A stretch of 64,000 bases of DNA from Octopus vulgaris (Eukaryota), in NCBI GenBank assembly GCA_951406725.2, contig OX597842.1:10726001-10790000 (forward strand), read 5' to 3'. The position numbers were made by a program, and so were the translations under genes. Below, one piece after another: positions 1-11,354 of the stretch (its first letter is position 1; the number at the start of each line of letters is the position of its first letter). The notes beneath the pieces are model-generated. The model searched no databases. It saw only the letters and a list, made by a program, of their open reading frames with translations, and was not told where the DNA came from.

Positions 1-160
1 GGCCCAGTCAGATCTGGCAGTGTTTCTACAGCTGGATGCCCTTCCTAACGCCAACCACTCCGCGAGTGTAGTGGGTGCTTTTTATGTGCCACCGACACAG
101 GTGCCATTAGAGGCTGGCAAACGGCCACGCTCGGATGGTGCTTTTTACGTGCCACCGGCA
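1..160. mobile_element. Fragment of an RTE-tail-like interspersed repeat
   Basis: ggatgcccttcctaacgccaacc motif and duplicated gtgctttt..gtgccacc segments, recalled as typical of RTE-related element ends. Confidence 0.4.
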
Positions 161-236
161 ACTGTAGCAACAGTTATTTCCTATTTGTCCAGGGAAATGT
201 CGAAATCATTAAAAAAGAAATCAAAAAGTCCTTGGA

Positions 237-325
237 CAGTGCTCCAGAATGGCCACAGTCAAATAATTGAAACAAGTAAGGGAATAAAAGAATAAGTGCA
301 GGAGTGGCTGTGTGGTAAGAAGCTT
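237..325 (+). mobile_element. SINE family A: 3' tail of one copy (237-295) followed by the 5' head of another (296-325)
   Basis: Tail matches gtgctccagcatggccgcagtcaaatgactgaaacaagt. Head matches ggcgcaggagtggctgtgtggtaag, seen in full-length copies elsewhere in the window. Confidence 0.8.
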
Positions 326-3300
326 GGTCCCAACCACATGGTCCCAACCACATGGTCCCAACCACATGGTCCTAACCACATGGTTCCAACCACATGGTCC
401 CAACCACATGGTCCTAATCACATGGTCCCAACCACATGGTCCCAATCACATGGTCCCAACCACATGGTCCCAACCACACAGTACCAACCACATGGTCCCA
501 ACCACACAGTACCAACCACATGGTCCCAACCACATGGTCCTAATCACATGGTCACAGCCACATGGTTCCAACCACATGGTCCTAACCACATGGTCCCAAC
601 CACATGGTCCCAACCACATGGTCCCAACCACATGGTTCCAACCACATGGTCCCAACCACATGGTCCTAACCACATGGTTCCAACCACATGGTCCCAACCA
701 CATGGTCCCAACCACATGGTCCCAACCACATGGTCCCAACCACATGGTCCCAACCACACAGTACCAACCACATGGTCCTAACCACATGGTCCCAACCACA
801 CAGTACCAACCACATGGTCCCAACCACATGGTCCTAATCACATGGTCACAGCCACATGGTTCCAACCACATGGTCCTAACCACATGGTCCCAATCACATG
901 GTCCCAACCACATGGTCCCAACCACACAGTACCAACCACATGGTCCTAACCACATGGTCCCAACCACATGGTCCTAACCACATGGTCCCAACCACATGGT
1001 CCCAACCACATGGTCCCAACCACATGGTCCCAACCACAGTACCAACCACATGGTCCTAACCACATGGTCCCAACCACACAGTACCAACCACATGGTCCCA
1101 ACCACATGGTCCCTAATCACATGGTCACAGCCACATGGTTCCAACCACATGGTCCTAACCACATGGTCCCAATCACATGGTCCCAATCACATGGTCCCAA
1201 CCACATGGTTCCAACCACATGGTCCCAACCACATGGTCCTAACCACATGGTTCCAACCACATGGTCCCAACCACATGGTCCTAATCACATGGTCCCAACC
1301 ACATGGTCCCAATCACATGGTCCCAACCACATGGTCCCAACCACACAGTACCAACCACATGGTCCTAACCACATGGTCCCAACCACACATGGTACCAACC
1401 ACATGGTCCCAACCACATGGTCCAACCACATGGTCCAACCACATGGTTCCAACCACATGGTCCATGGTCCCAACCACATGGTCCCAATCACATGGTCCCA
1501 ACCACATGGTCCCAACCACACCCAACCACATGGTCCCTCCAACCACATGGTCCCAACCCACATCACATGGTCCCCAACCACATGGTCCCAACCACATGGT
1601 CCCAACCACATGGTTCCAACCAATGGTCCAACCACATGGTTCCAACCACATGGTCCAACCACATGGTCCTAACCACATGGTCCCCCACATGGTCCCAACC
1701 ACATGGTTCCAACCACATGGTCCCAACCACATGGTCCTAACCACATGGTCCAACCACATGGTTCCAACCACATGGTCCTAACCACATGGTCCCAACCACA
1801 TGGTCCCAACCACATGGTCCCAACCACATGGTTCCAACCACATGGTCCCAACCACATGGTCCTAATCACATGGTCCCAACCACATGGTCCCAATCACATG
1901 GTCCCAACCACATGGTCCCAACCACATGGTCACATGGTCCCAACCACACAGTACCAACCACATGGTCCCAACCACATGGTCCAATCACCAACCACATGGT
2001 CCCCAACCACATGGTCCCAACCACACAGTACCAACCACATGGTCCTAACCACATGGTCCAGTACCACATGGTCCCAACCACATGGTCCCAACCACATGGT
2101 CCTAACCACATGGTCCCAACCACATGGTCCCAACCACATGGTCCCAACCACATGGTCCCAACCACATGGTCCCCACATGGTTCCAACCACATGGTCCCAA
2201 CCACATGGTCCCAACCACATGGTCCCAACCACATGGTCCTAACCACATGGTCCCCACACAGTACCAACCACATGGTCCTAACCACATGGTCCCAATCACA
2301 TGGTCCCAATCACATGGTCCAATCACATGGTCAACCACATGGTTCCAACCACATGGTCCCAACCACATGGTCCTAACCACATGGTTCCAACCACATGGTC
2401 CCAACCACATGGTCCTAATCACATGGTCCCAACCACATGGTCCCAATCACATGGTCCCAATCACATGGTCCTAACCACATGGTCCCAACCACACAGTACC
2501 AACCACATGGTCCTAACCACATGGTCCCAACCACACAGTACCAACCACATGGTCCCAACCACATGGTCCTAATCACATGGTCACAGCCACATGGTTCCAA
2601 CCACATGGTCCTAACCACATGGTCCCAATCACATGGTCCCAACCACATGGTCCCAACCACACAGTACCAACCACATGGTCCTAACCACATGGTTCCAATC
2701 ACATGGTCCCAACCACATGGTCCCAATCACATGGTCCCAACCACATGGTCCCAACCACACAGTACCAACCACATGGTCCTAACCACATGGTCCCAACCAC
2801 ACAGTACCAACCACATGGTCCCAACCACATGGTCCTAATCACATGGTCACAGCCACATGGTCCTAACCACATGGTCCCCACATGGTCCCTAACCACATGG
2901 TCCCAACCACACAGTACCAACCACACATGGTTCCAACCACATGGTCCTAACCACATGGTTCCAACCACATGGTCCTAACCACATGGTTCCAACCACATGG
3001 TCCCAACCATGGTCCCAACCACATGGTCCTAACCACATGGTTCCAACCACATGGTCCCAACCACATGGTCTTAATCACATGGTCCCAACCACATGGTCCC
3101 AATCACATGGTCCCAACCACATGGTCCCAACCACACAGTACCAACCACATGGTCCTAACCACATGGTCCCAACCACACAGTACCAACCACATGGTCCCAA
3201 CCACATGGTCCTAATCACATGGTCACAGCCACATGGTTCCCACATGGTCCTAACCACATGGTCCCAATCACATGGTCCCAACCACATGGTCCCAACCACA

Positions 3301-4983
3301 TGGTACCAACCACATGGTCCTAACCACATGGTCCAACCACATGGTCCTAACCACATTCCAACCACATGGTCCTAACCACATGGTTCCAACCACATGGTCC
3401 CAACCACATGGTTCCAACCACATGGTCCCAACCACATGGTCCAACCACATGGTCCTAACCACATGGTCCCAACCACACAGTACCAACCACATGGTCCCAA
3501 CCACATGGGCCTAATCACATGGTCCACATGGTTCCACATGGTCCCAACCACATGGTCCCAATCACATGGTCCCAACCCATGGTCCCAACCACACAGTACC
3601 AACCACATGGTCCTCAGTACCAACCACATGGTCCTAATCACATGGTCACAGCCACATGGTTCCAACCACATGGTCCTAACCACATGGTCCCAATCACATG
3701 GTATGGTCCCAACCACACAGTACCAACCACATGGTCCTAACCACATGGTTCCAACCACATGGTCCTAACACATGGTTCCAACCACATGGTCCCAACCAAC
3801 CAACACATGGTACCAACCACATGGTCCCAACCACATGGTCCAATCACAGGGTCACAGCCACATCCAACATGGTCCTAACCACATGGTCCCAACCACACAG
3901 TACCAACCACATGGTCCCAACCACATGGTCCTAATCACACATGGTTCCAACCACATGGTCCTAACCACATGGTCCCAATCACATGGTCCCAACCACACAG
4001 TACCAACCACATGGTCCTAACCACATGGTTCCAACCACATGGTTCCAACCACATGGTCCCAACCATGGTCCCAACCACACATGTTCCTAACCACATGGTC
4101 CTAACCACATGGTCCCAACCACACAGTACCAACCACATGGTTAACCACATGGTCCCAACCACATGGTTCCAACAACATGGTCCCAACCACATGGTCCTAA
4201 CCACATGGTCCCAACCATACATGGTCCCAACCACATGGTCCTAATCACATGGTCATGGTTCCAACCACATGGTCCTAACCACATGGTCCCAACCACATGG
4301 TCCTAACCACATGGTCACAACCACATGGTTCCAACCACATGGTCCTAACCACATGGTCCCAACCACACAGTACCAACCACATGGTCCCAACCACATGGTC
4401 CTAACCACATGGTCCCAACCACATGGTCCCAACCACATGGTCCTAACCACATGGTTCCAACCACATGGTTCCAACCACAGTACCAACCACATGGGTCCTA
4501 ACCATGGTTCCAACCACATGGTCCTAACCACATGGTCCCAACCACACAGTACCAACCACATGGTCCTAACCACATGGTCCCAACCACATGGTCCCAACCA
4601 CATGGTCCTAACCACATGGTTCCAACCACATGGTCCTAACCACATGGTTCCAACCACACAGTACCAACCACATGGTCCTAACCACATGGTTCCAACCACA
4701 TGGTCCTAACCACATGGTCCCAACCACACAGTACCAACCACATGGTCTTAACCACATGGTTCCAACCACATGGTCCCAACCACATGGTCCCAACCACATG
4801 GTCCTAACCACATGGTTCCAACCACACAGTCATGGTCCTAACCACATGGTTCCAACCACATGGTCCTAACCACATGGTCCCAACCACACAGTACCAACCA
4901 CATGGTCCTAACACATGGTCCCAACCACATGGTCCCAACCACATGGTCCTAACCACATGGTCCTAACCACATGGTTCCAACCA

Positions 4984-4985
<2 letters not shown>
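326..4985. repeat. 14-bp satellite (GGTCCCAACCACAT)n, about 330 units, derived from the SINE A head
   Basis: Directly visible tandem array; translates with a 14-aa (3-unit) period. Variant units are ggtcctaaccacat, ggttccaaccacat, ggtcctaatcacat, ggtcacagccacat and agtaccaaccacat. Confidence 0.97.
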
Positions 4986-5026
<41 letters not shown>

Positions 5027-5100
5027 TATCATTTGTTATTATTATTATTATATTATTATTATTATCATATGGTTCCAACCACATGTTATTATGGTCCCGG

Positions 5101-5151
<51 letters not shown>

Positions 5152-5234
5152 GTATGTTATTATTATGTATTATTGATGTATGTCTATGTGTCTTTGCATT
5201 TGTGTTTGCCTCCCACACGGCCACTGTTGGTGTG

Positions 5235-5285
<51 letters not shown>

Positions 5286-5300
5286 TATCATTTGTTATTA

Positions 5301-5352
<52 letters not shown>

Positions 5353-5364
5353 TATCATTTGTTA

Positions 5365-5433
<69 letters not shown>

Positions 5434-5480
5434 TATCATTTGTTATTATTATTATTATTTATTATTATTATCATTTGTTA

Positions 5481-5534
<54 letters not shown>

Positions 5535-5538
5535 TATC

Positions 5539-5602
<64 letters not shown>

Positions 5603-6038
5603 TATCATTTGTTATTATTATTATCATTAATTATTATTATTATTATTTATTATTATTATTATTATTATCATTTATTATTATTTATTATTATTATTATTAT
5701 TTATTTATTATTATTATCATTTGTTATTATTTATTATTATTATTATTATTTATTTATTATTATTATCATTTGTTATTATTTATTATTATTATTATTATTA
5801 TTTATTATTATTTATTATTATTATTATTATTTATTTATTATTATTATCATTTGTTATTATTATCATTTTCATTATTATTATCATTTATTATTATTTATTA
5901 TTATTATTATTATTATCATTTATTATTATTATTGCTATTATTATTATTATTGCTATTATTATTATCATTTATTATTATTTATTATTATTATTATTATTAC
6001 CATTTATTATTATTATTTATTATTATTATCATTTGTTA

Positions 6039-6094
<56 letters not shown>

Positions 6095-6180
6095 CATTTG
6101 TTATTATTATTATTATTTATTATTATTTATTATTACCATTTATTATTATTATCTATTATTTATTATTATTATTATTATTA
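4986..6180. repeat. (ATT)n compound microsatellite with recurrent ttatcatttg interruptions
   Basis: Directly visible. Confidence 0.95.
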
Positions 6181-6244
6181 TGCTGCTGCTGCTGCTGCAA
6201 GCTGGCAGAATTGTTAGCATGCCGGGCAAAGTGCTTATCAGTAT

Positions 6245-6800
6245 TCTGGATTATTTTTCTGGTTTGCTTATTTAATTTTTGAGAGCAGTTGGGTTCATTT
6301 TTAGTATTCTCATTTCTGAGAGCAGTCGAGTTTACTTCAGATATTCTCATTTTAATAATCATCTCTGTCTAATCATTGAGAGGACATTGGTGTTGCTTTG
6401 GCAGAGGTTTGCGCTCTCTGAGTGTGCTTATTATTATTATTATTATTATTATTACCTCTGCCTTTGCTAAGGTATTGTTTTCAGTTGTCTTTGTTTGTCC
6501 ATGGACAAGATATCTCAAGAACCACTGGATGAATTCGGATGAAACTTTCAGGGATGTTTGGCCCCATGACTGGAACGAACTTAATAGATTTTGGGATCAA
6601 TCTGGTACCGAACAAGGATTCTGGATTATTTTTCCTGATTATTTTACTTAATTTTGAGAGCAGTCAAGTTCATTTTTAGTATTCTCGTTTGTGAGAGCAG
6701 TTGAGTTTATTTCAGATCTTCTCATTTCAAAAATCACCCCTAGCTAATCGTTGAAAAGACGTTGATGTTGCCTTGGTGGACTTTGCGCTTTCTGAGTGAT
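6245..6800 (+). mobile_element. HINE/DINE-like (Helentron-associated) non-autonomous element: one near-complete copy (6451-6800) plus a duplicated 3' portion (6245-6428)
   Basis: 5' attacctctgcc subterminal motif, gtttgtcc microsatellite-like block, and 3' ttggcagaggtttgcgctctctgagtg end. The two 3' portions are mutually homologous. Confidence 0.6.
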
Positions 6801-6836
6801 GTTGTTGTTTTCTTATTTTCCCTTTTATTTTTGCAG

Positions 6837-6929
6837 GAGAAGATACGATTAAAATACAAGATCACATATTACAAGGAGTCGGTGCAGCTGTCGGACGTCG
6901 GGGAGATTGACGACTTTCCAACTAACTGA
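6837..6929 (+). CDS. GGA: Terminal coding exon of a GGA-family clathrin adaptor (ADP-ribosylation factor-binding protein GGA), C-terminal end of the GAE/ear domain
   Basis: Polypyrimidine tract plus ttgcAG acceptor at 6810-6836, then phase-0 frame EKIRLKYKITYYKESVQLSDVGEIDDFPTN*. This matches the recalled GGA C-terminus pattern EKVRLRYKLTF...E.GDVDQFP better than AP1G1 (QLRMRIKLTY). Too short to appear in the ORF track; upstream exons lie outside the window. Confidence 0.85.
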   Translation, partial: EKIRLKYKITYYKESVQLSDVGEIDDFPTN

Positions 6930-7771
6930 CCACCACTCCTCGGCGACACACAGACGACCACCACCCACAGATCAACACAATACTCTAGCCACGAGGAACT
7001 GAAGACTGACCATCTTGAAAGGGCCTTTTTGATATTCTATCCCGAGGTAGAGGGATAAGGGAGTCCGGCTGGGGGTGGTGGGTCAGGAGTAGATTGTGTG
7101 CGTGCGTGTGTGTGTGTGCGTGTGTGTGTGTGTGTGTGTGTGGTGGAGGCTGGTGGTGGCAGGGTGGCGAGCGGTTCCGATCCATTCTGTTCCACTCCTC
7201 CCACCCCTGCCACTGTTTCCTCCGCCGTCGCCACTACTTGGTGTGTATATAGGAAAGGGATGGTAGGTGGGTGGACCCTTTTGGGGGACTATGTCTTTCT
7301 CTGTCTCTCTAGGAGATGTGGGTGGGAAATGTGGAGGGTGTGTGAGTGGGGAGAAGGATGGACACTAGTCATTATTATGGTCTTTATGTATACATATATA
7401 CACATATACACACATGTATGTATATATATTGACATATATATATTTACATATCTTTACATATATATGAATGCATATATATATATATATACACACACACACG
7501 TACACAAACTCACATACACATATATACTTATATATATATATATACTTATATAAATGTAGACACATATATACACACATATGTATATATGCACACACACACA
7601 CACACATACACGCAGGTGAGTTGTCAAATGAAAGAAAGGCACTCAACAAATTTATTCGGAGTTACATGTATGGATCAAAGCAGTTTGATTCAAATTCGTT
7701 GGTACTCTGAATTTCATGAGTGATGATAGTCTTCAGCCATTCAACAAATTTGAATCAAACCATTTTGAACG

Positions 7772-7802
<31 letters not shown>

Positions 7803-7838
7803 CGCACATACACACATGCATACATGTATATGTATGTG

Positions 7839-7876
<38 letters not shown>

Positions 7877-7983
7877 TACACACACGTGTATGTATGTACA
7901 TATATGTATATATATATACACACACACTCATACACACATGTATATGTATGTTATATATATATACAAGTGTATATACATATACT

Positions 7984-8014
<31 letters not shown>

Positions 8015-8459
8015 CACGTATACATGTGTGTGTGCGTATATATATATATATACATACACACACACATATACACACATATGTAACTGTGTGAAAGCAATCA
8101 TTTTTGTTCAGTATTATTAGTGTGTGTGTGTGTGTGTATGTAGATGTATGTGATTGTGTGTATACATGTTTCTGTTTATATGTATGTATATATATATGTA
8201 TATACTTACACACACACACACGCACTTATATATATATACACATATATTCGGACACAAATAGGTCAGCCCTAGACTCCCTCTCTATCCCTCTCCTCTTTCA
8301 AAAATATAATAATAATAATAATAATGATAATTAATAATAATTACAGTAATATCAATAATAATAATAATAATAATAATGATAATAACAACAACAATTATTA
8401 TTATTTTATATTTTGTTTATAAAAGGTTTTTGTTTTTGTTTGCGTTCTAGAGTTTTTGA

Positions 8460-8465
8460 AATAAA
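8460..8465 (+). promoter_or_regulatory. Candidate polyadenylation signal (AATAAA) for the GGA gene; probable 3' UTR 6930-~8490
   Basis: AATAAA after a U-rich tract and followed by GT-rich sequence, about 1.5 kb downstream of the stop codon. No transcript evidence. Confidence 0.4.
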
Positions 8466-9037
8466 AACTGAACTATGTTGCCCACGCGTGTGTGTTTATA
8501 TATGTAGGTGTATGTGTGTTATATATGTGCGAGTGTGTGTTTATGTGGTATGTTTATACATGTATATATGTGTGTGCATGTTTATATATGTATATCTATG
8601 TATGTATGTGAATGTGTCTGCGTGTAATTATGCATGTGTGTGTGTGTGTGATTGTGTGTGTCTATGTGTATACACACACACACGTGTGTGTGCTTGTGTA
8701 TGGGTGTGGGATGGTATAAGTGCATGCATGTGCTTATATATGTGTATGTGTGTGAGTATATGTGTGTTTATACATATGTATGTATATATATATGTGTGTG
8801 TGTGTATACACGTATGTGTATAAGAATATATATGCGTGTATGTGGATAGGTTCACATGTAGTTACATATGCATATAAGATTGTGTATATTTGTATATACA
8901 TATATAAATATATTTGTGTCTGTGTATATGTGTGGGTATTTATACACAAGTATATAGGAGTGTATATGTATATAAACGAGTTCCTGTATATACATGTGTA
9001 TAAGTAAATACATAGTTATGTGTCTGTGTTATGTATG

Positions 9038-9069
<32 letters not shown>

Positions 9070-9321
9070 GTGACGTATATTTGCCATTTGAATATGGCTA
9101 ACCCCTAAGGGTGGATGCTACTGTAGTTTGTAGCCCCAGGAGGACACCTCCTCCAGCTGGCTATAGACACACTTTCTGTGCCCTATAGCCAGCTGGAGGA
9201 GGTGTCCTCCTGGGGCTACAAACTACAGTAGCATCCACCCTTAGGGGTTAGCCATATTCAAATTGCAAATATACGTCACGATGTGTTGCTGCTACTGTTT
9301 ATAACTCGCTCTGAGATTTAT

Positions 9322-9327
<6 letters not shown>
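9070..9327. mobile_element. Penelope-like pseudo-LTR remnant forming a 97-bp-arm inverted repeat (9070-9166 / 9183-9279)
   Basis: Arms are reverse complements with one mismatch. Sequence is homologous to the hammerhead-bearing unit at 28141-28514 (ctcctggggcta..ctacagta..ggttagccatatt; ctcg.tctgagattta). Confidence 0.65.
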
Positions 9328-9361
<34 letters not shown>

Positions 9362-9586
9362 TTCGATACATACTACATATGTATATATATGTATATATAT
9401 CTTTTTAACTGTTGAACTCAAAGTAGCAAAATCTATAGGTAACCGCATGAAAATTTTGGGTTGGAAAGCTCTTTTGGATTGTTAGTGTCAAAAGCTTTAT
9501 TACCTGCGCTTCGAGATTCACTGTTCCGCAAACGAAATTATTTGCCGTTCCCTCCAAAGTATTATGAAAGTATTATGAAATTTCTG

Positions 9587-9629
9587 TGACGTCAACAACT
9601 GCATCCGGTTCTCGCTGGTTAAGTATAAA
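9587..9629 (+). promoter_or_regulatory. CRE (TGACGTCA, 9587-9594) and TATA box (TATAAA, 9624-9629) upstream of the tRNA-like unit
   Basis: Exact motifs about 70 and 34 nt upstream of the putative start. Confidence 0.45.
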
Positions 9630-9657
9630 GACTGTGAAATGGTTAGATAAATTCGAA

Positions 9658-9766
9658 GGGCTGCTTTGGTGCAGTGGTAAAACGCTTTGATATATCTGCA
9701 GGACGTGTAGGTTCAAGTTCCACTAGACGCCTATGACCCCCTTTCTATCCAAAAGGGGTTCTTTTT
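9658..9766 (+). ncRNA. tRNA-like RNA polymerase III transcript candidate with 3' hairpin and T5 terminator
   Basis: A box TGGTGCAGTGG 9667-9677, imperfect B box GGTTCAAGTTCC 9710-9721, imperfect cloverleaf 9659-9731 with irregular anticodon arm, hairpin 9735-9761, TTTTT 9762-9766. Confidence 0.5.
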
Positions 9767-10239
9767 CAACTCGATATTTGCGTGTTGTTATCTAATGTCG
9801 TTAATCTACTCAGAGTTCTAACGAGGAAAATGAATTATTCTACGTCCATTAAAGCTTTGAAGTTATAACATAAACTGTATAGAATATATATATTATACAT
9901 ATATAATTTGAATATTATATATTCATATTTCTAATGGCTTAGAATAAACATCATTTTATGCCTTGAAACTTGAAGTACCACAGAATTAGAATCAAACTGT
10001 TTTTGACCCACATATATATATATATGCATATGGCACTGGATGGTTGTCTATGACTTGAAGGCAATTTGGTGAATTGATGAGAGTACATTCTCTTATGCCT
10101 ACAAGAGCAGCCTAGCCACAAACTAGCCACACACATATCATGTGTTTGTGAGTTTGATAGTGTTTTTATCCCCCGAGCTGCTTTCCAATTTATATTCGAA
10201 TATATTAAAGTTATATATTATGTATATACAAAGTTATGC

Positions 10240-10315
<76 letters not shown>

Positions 10316-10359
10316 TATATATACACACACACATATATATATACACGCACACGCATGTA

Positions 10360-10396
<37 letters not shown>

Positions 10397-10397
<1 letters not shown>

Positions 10398-10642
10398 CCG
10401 GAGTAAACACATAAATGTGAAACAAGGTGGAAAAAAAGAGTACTCAAATACCAGTGGTAGAGTAATATACTTTATTTAAAAGCAGCAGAAATTCAACAAA
10501 ACCTGTTACTCGGAGTTTCACGTTCCCGTCGCCGGACAGTTTTGTTAAAAAAAAAAACAAAAAAAAATGTCCGAGGAACGGGAACGGGAAACTCCGAGTA
10601 ACAGGTTTTGTTGAATTTCTGCTGCTTTTAAATAAAGTATAT
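10397..10642. mobile_element. Penelope-like pLTR remnant with inverted duplication and two degenerate minimal hammerheads
   Basis: Inverted arms 10465-10538 / 10568-10642; motif tgt-CCGAGGA-acg ggaa cgg-GAAAC-tccga-GTA-aca. A second family copy lies at 29417-29535 in opposite orientation. Confidence 0.65.
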
Positions 10643-10644
10643 AT

Positions 10645-10860
10645 GGAGGCGCAATGGCCGAGTGGTTAGGGCAGCGGACTTGCGGTCGGAGGATCGCGGT
10701 TTCGATTCCCAGACCGGGCGTTGTGTGTGTTTATTGAGCGAAAACACCTAAAAGCTCCACGAGGCTCCGGCAGGGGATGGTGGTGATCCCTGCTGTACTC
10801 TTTCACCACTCTAAAAGGCGGTGCTCCAGCATGGCCGCAGTCAAATGACTGAAACAAGTA
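10645..10860 (+). mobile_element. SINE family B (tRNA-derived head) fused to a SINE A type tail
   Basis: Head ggaggcgcaatggccgagtggttagggcagcggact..ggtttcgattccc. Switches at ~10815 to ggcggtgctccagcatggccgcagtcaaatgactgaaac. Confidence 0.8.
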
Positions 10861-10958
10861 CAAAAAAAAAAAAAAAAAAAAATATATATATATGTGTGTG
10901 TGTGTATGTGTGTATATATATGTATATATATGTGTGTATGTGTTTGTATATATATATA

Positions 10959-11015
<57 letters not shown>

Positions 11016-11354
11016 GTGTGTGTATATATGTATATGTATACATATGTCTATATATATATGTGTATATATATATATATATAGAGAGAGAGAGGGGGGGGGA
11101 TTACTACCAGTTGCAATCTTTTCAGCTCTTTAGCTACAACAAGAATGAGATTGTTAATAAAGTTGATTTTTTTTTTCTTTCTTTTTTTTCCATTTTTCTT
11201 GTTTTTGCGTTTTTATTCCTTTTCCTGTTACTGTTGTTTAACCCTGGGCCAAACTCAGAACCAGCAGACTTCTGATGTCAAAGACGATCCAGTCTTAGCC
11301 AACACGCCTTCATCTTATGTCTTGAGAAAAAGCACAATCCGATTATCACATATT

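Noticed and set aside
296-4985. Dozens of MVPTTWSQPHGPNH-repeat ORFs, or a CRISPR-like array
   Set aside because: Translation of a 14-bp satellite in all frames; no unique spacers, no cas genes, eukaryotic context.
4915-6282. 455-aa hydrophobic ORF
   Set aside because: (ATT)n microsatellite. SINE text interleaved with ATT runs at 5030-5240 may also be consensus artefact.
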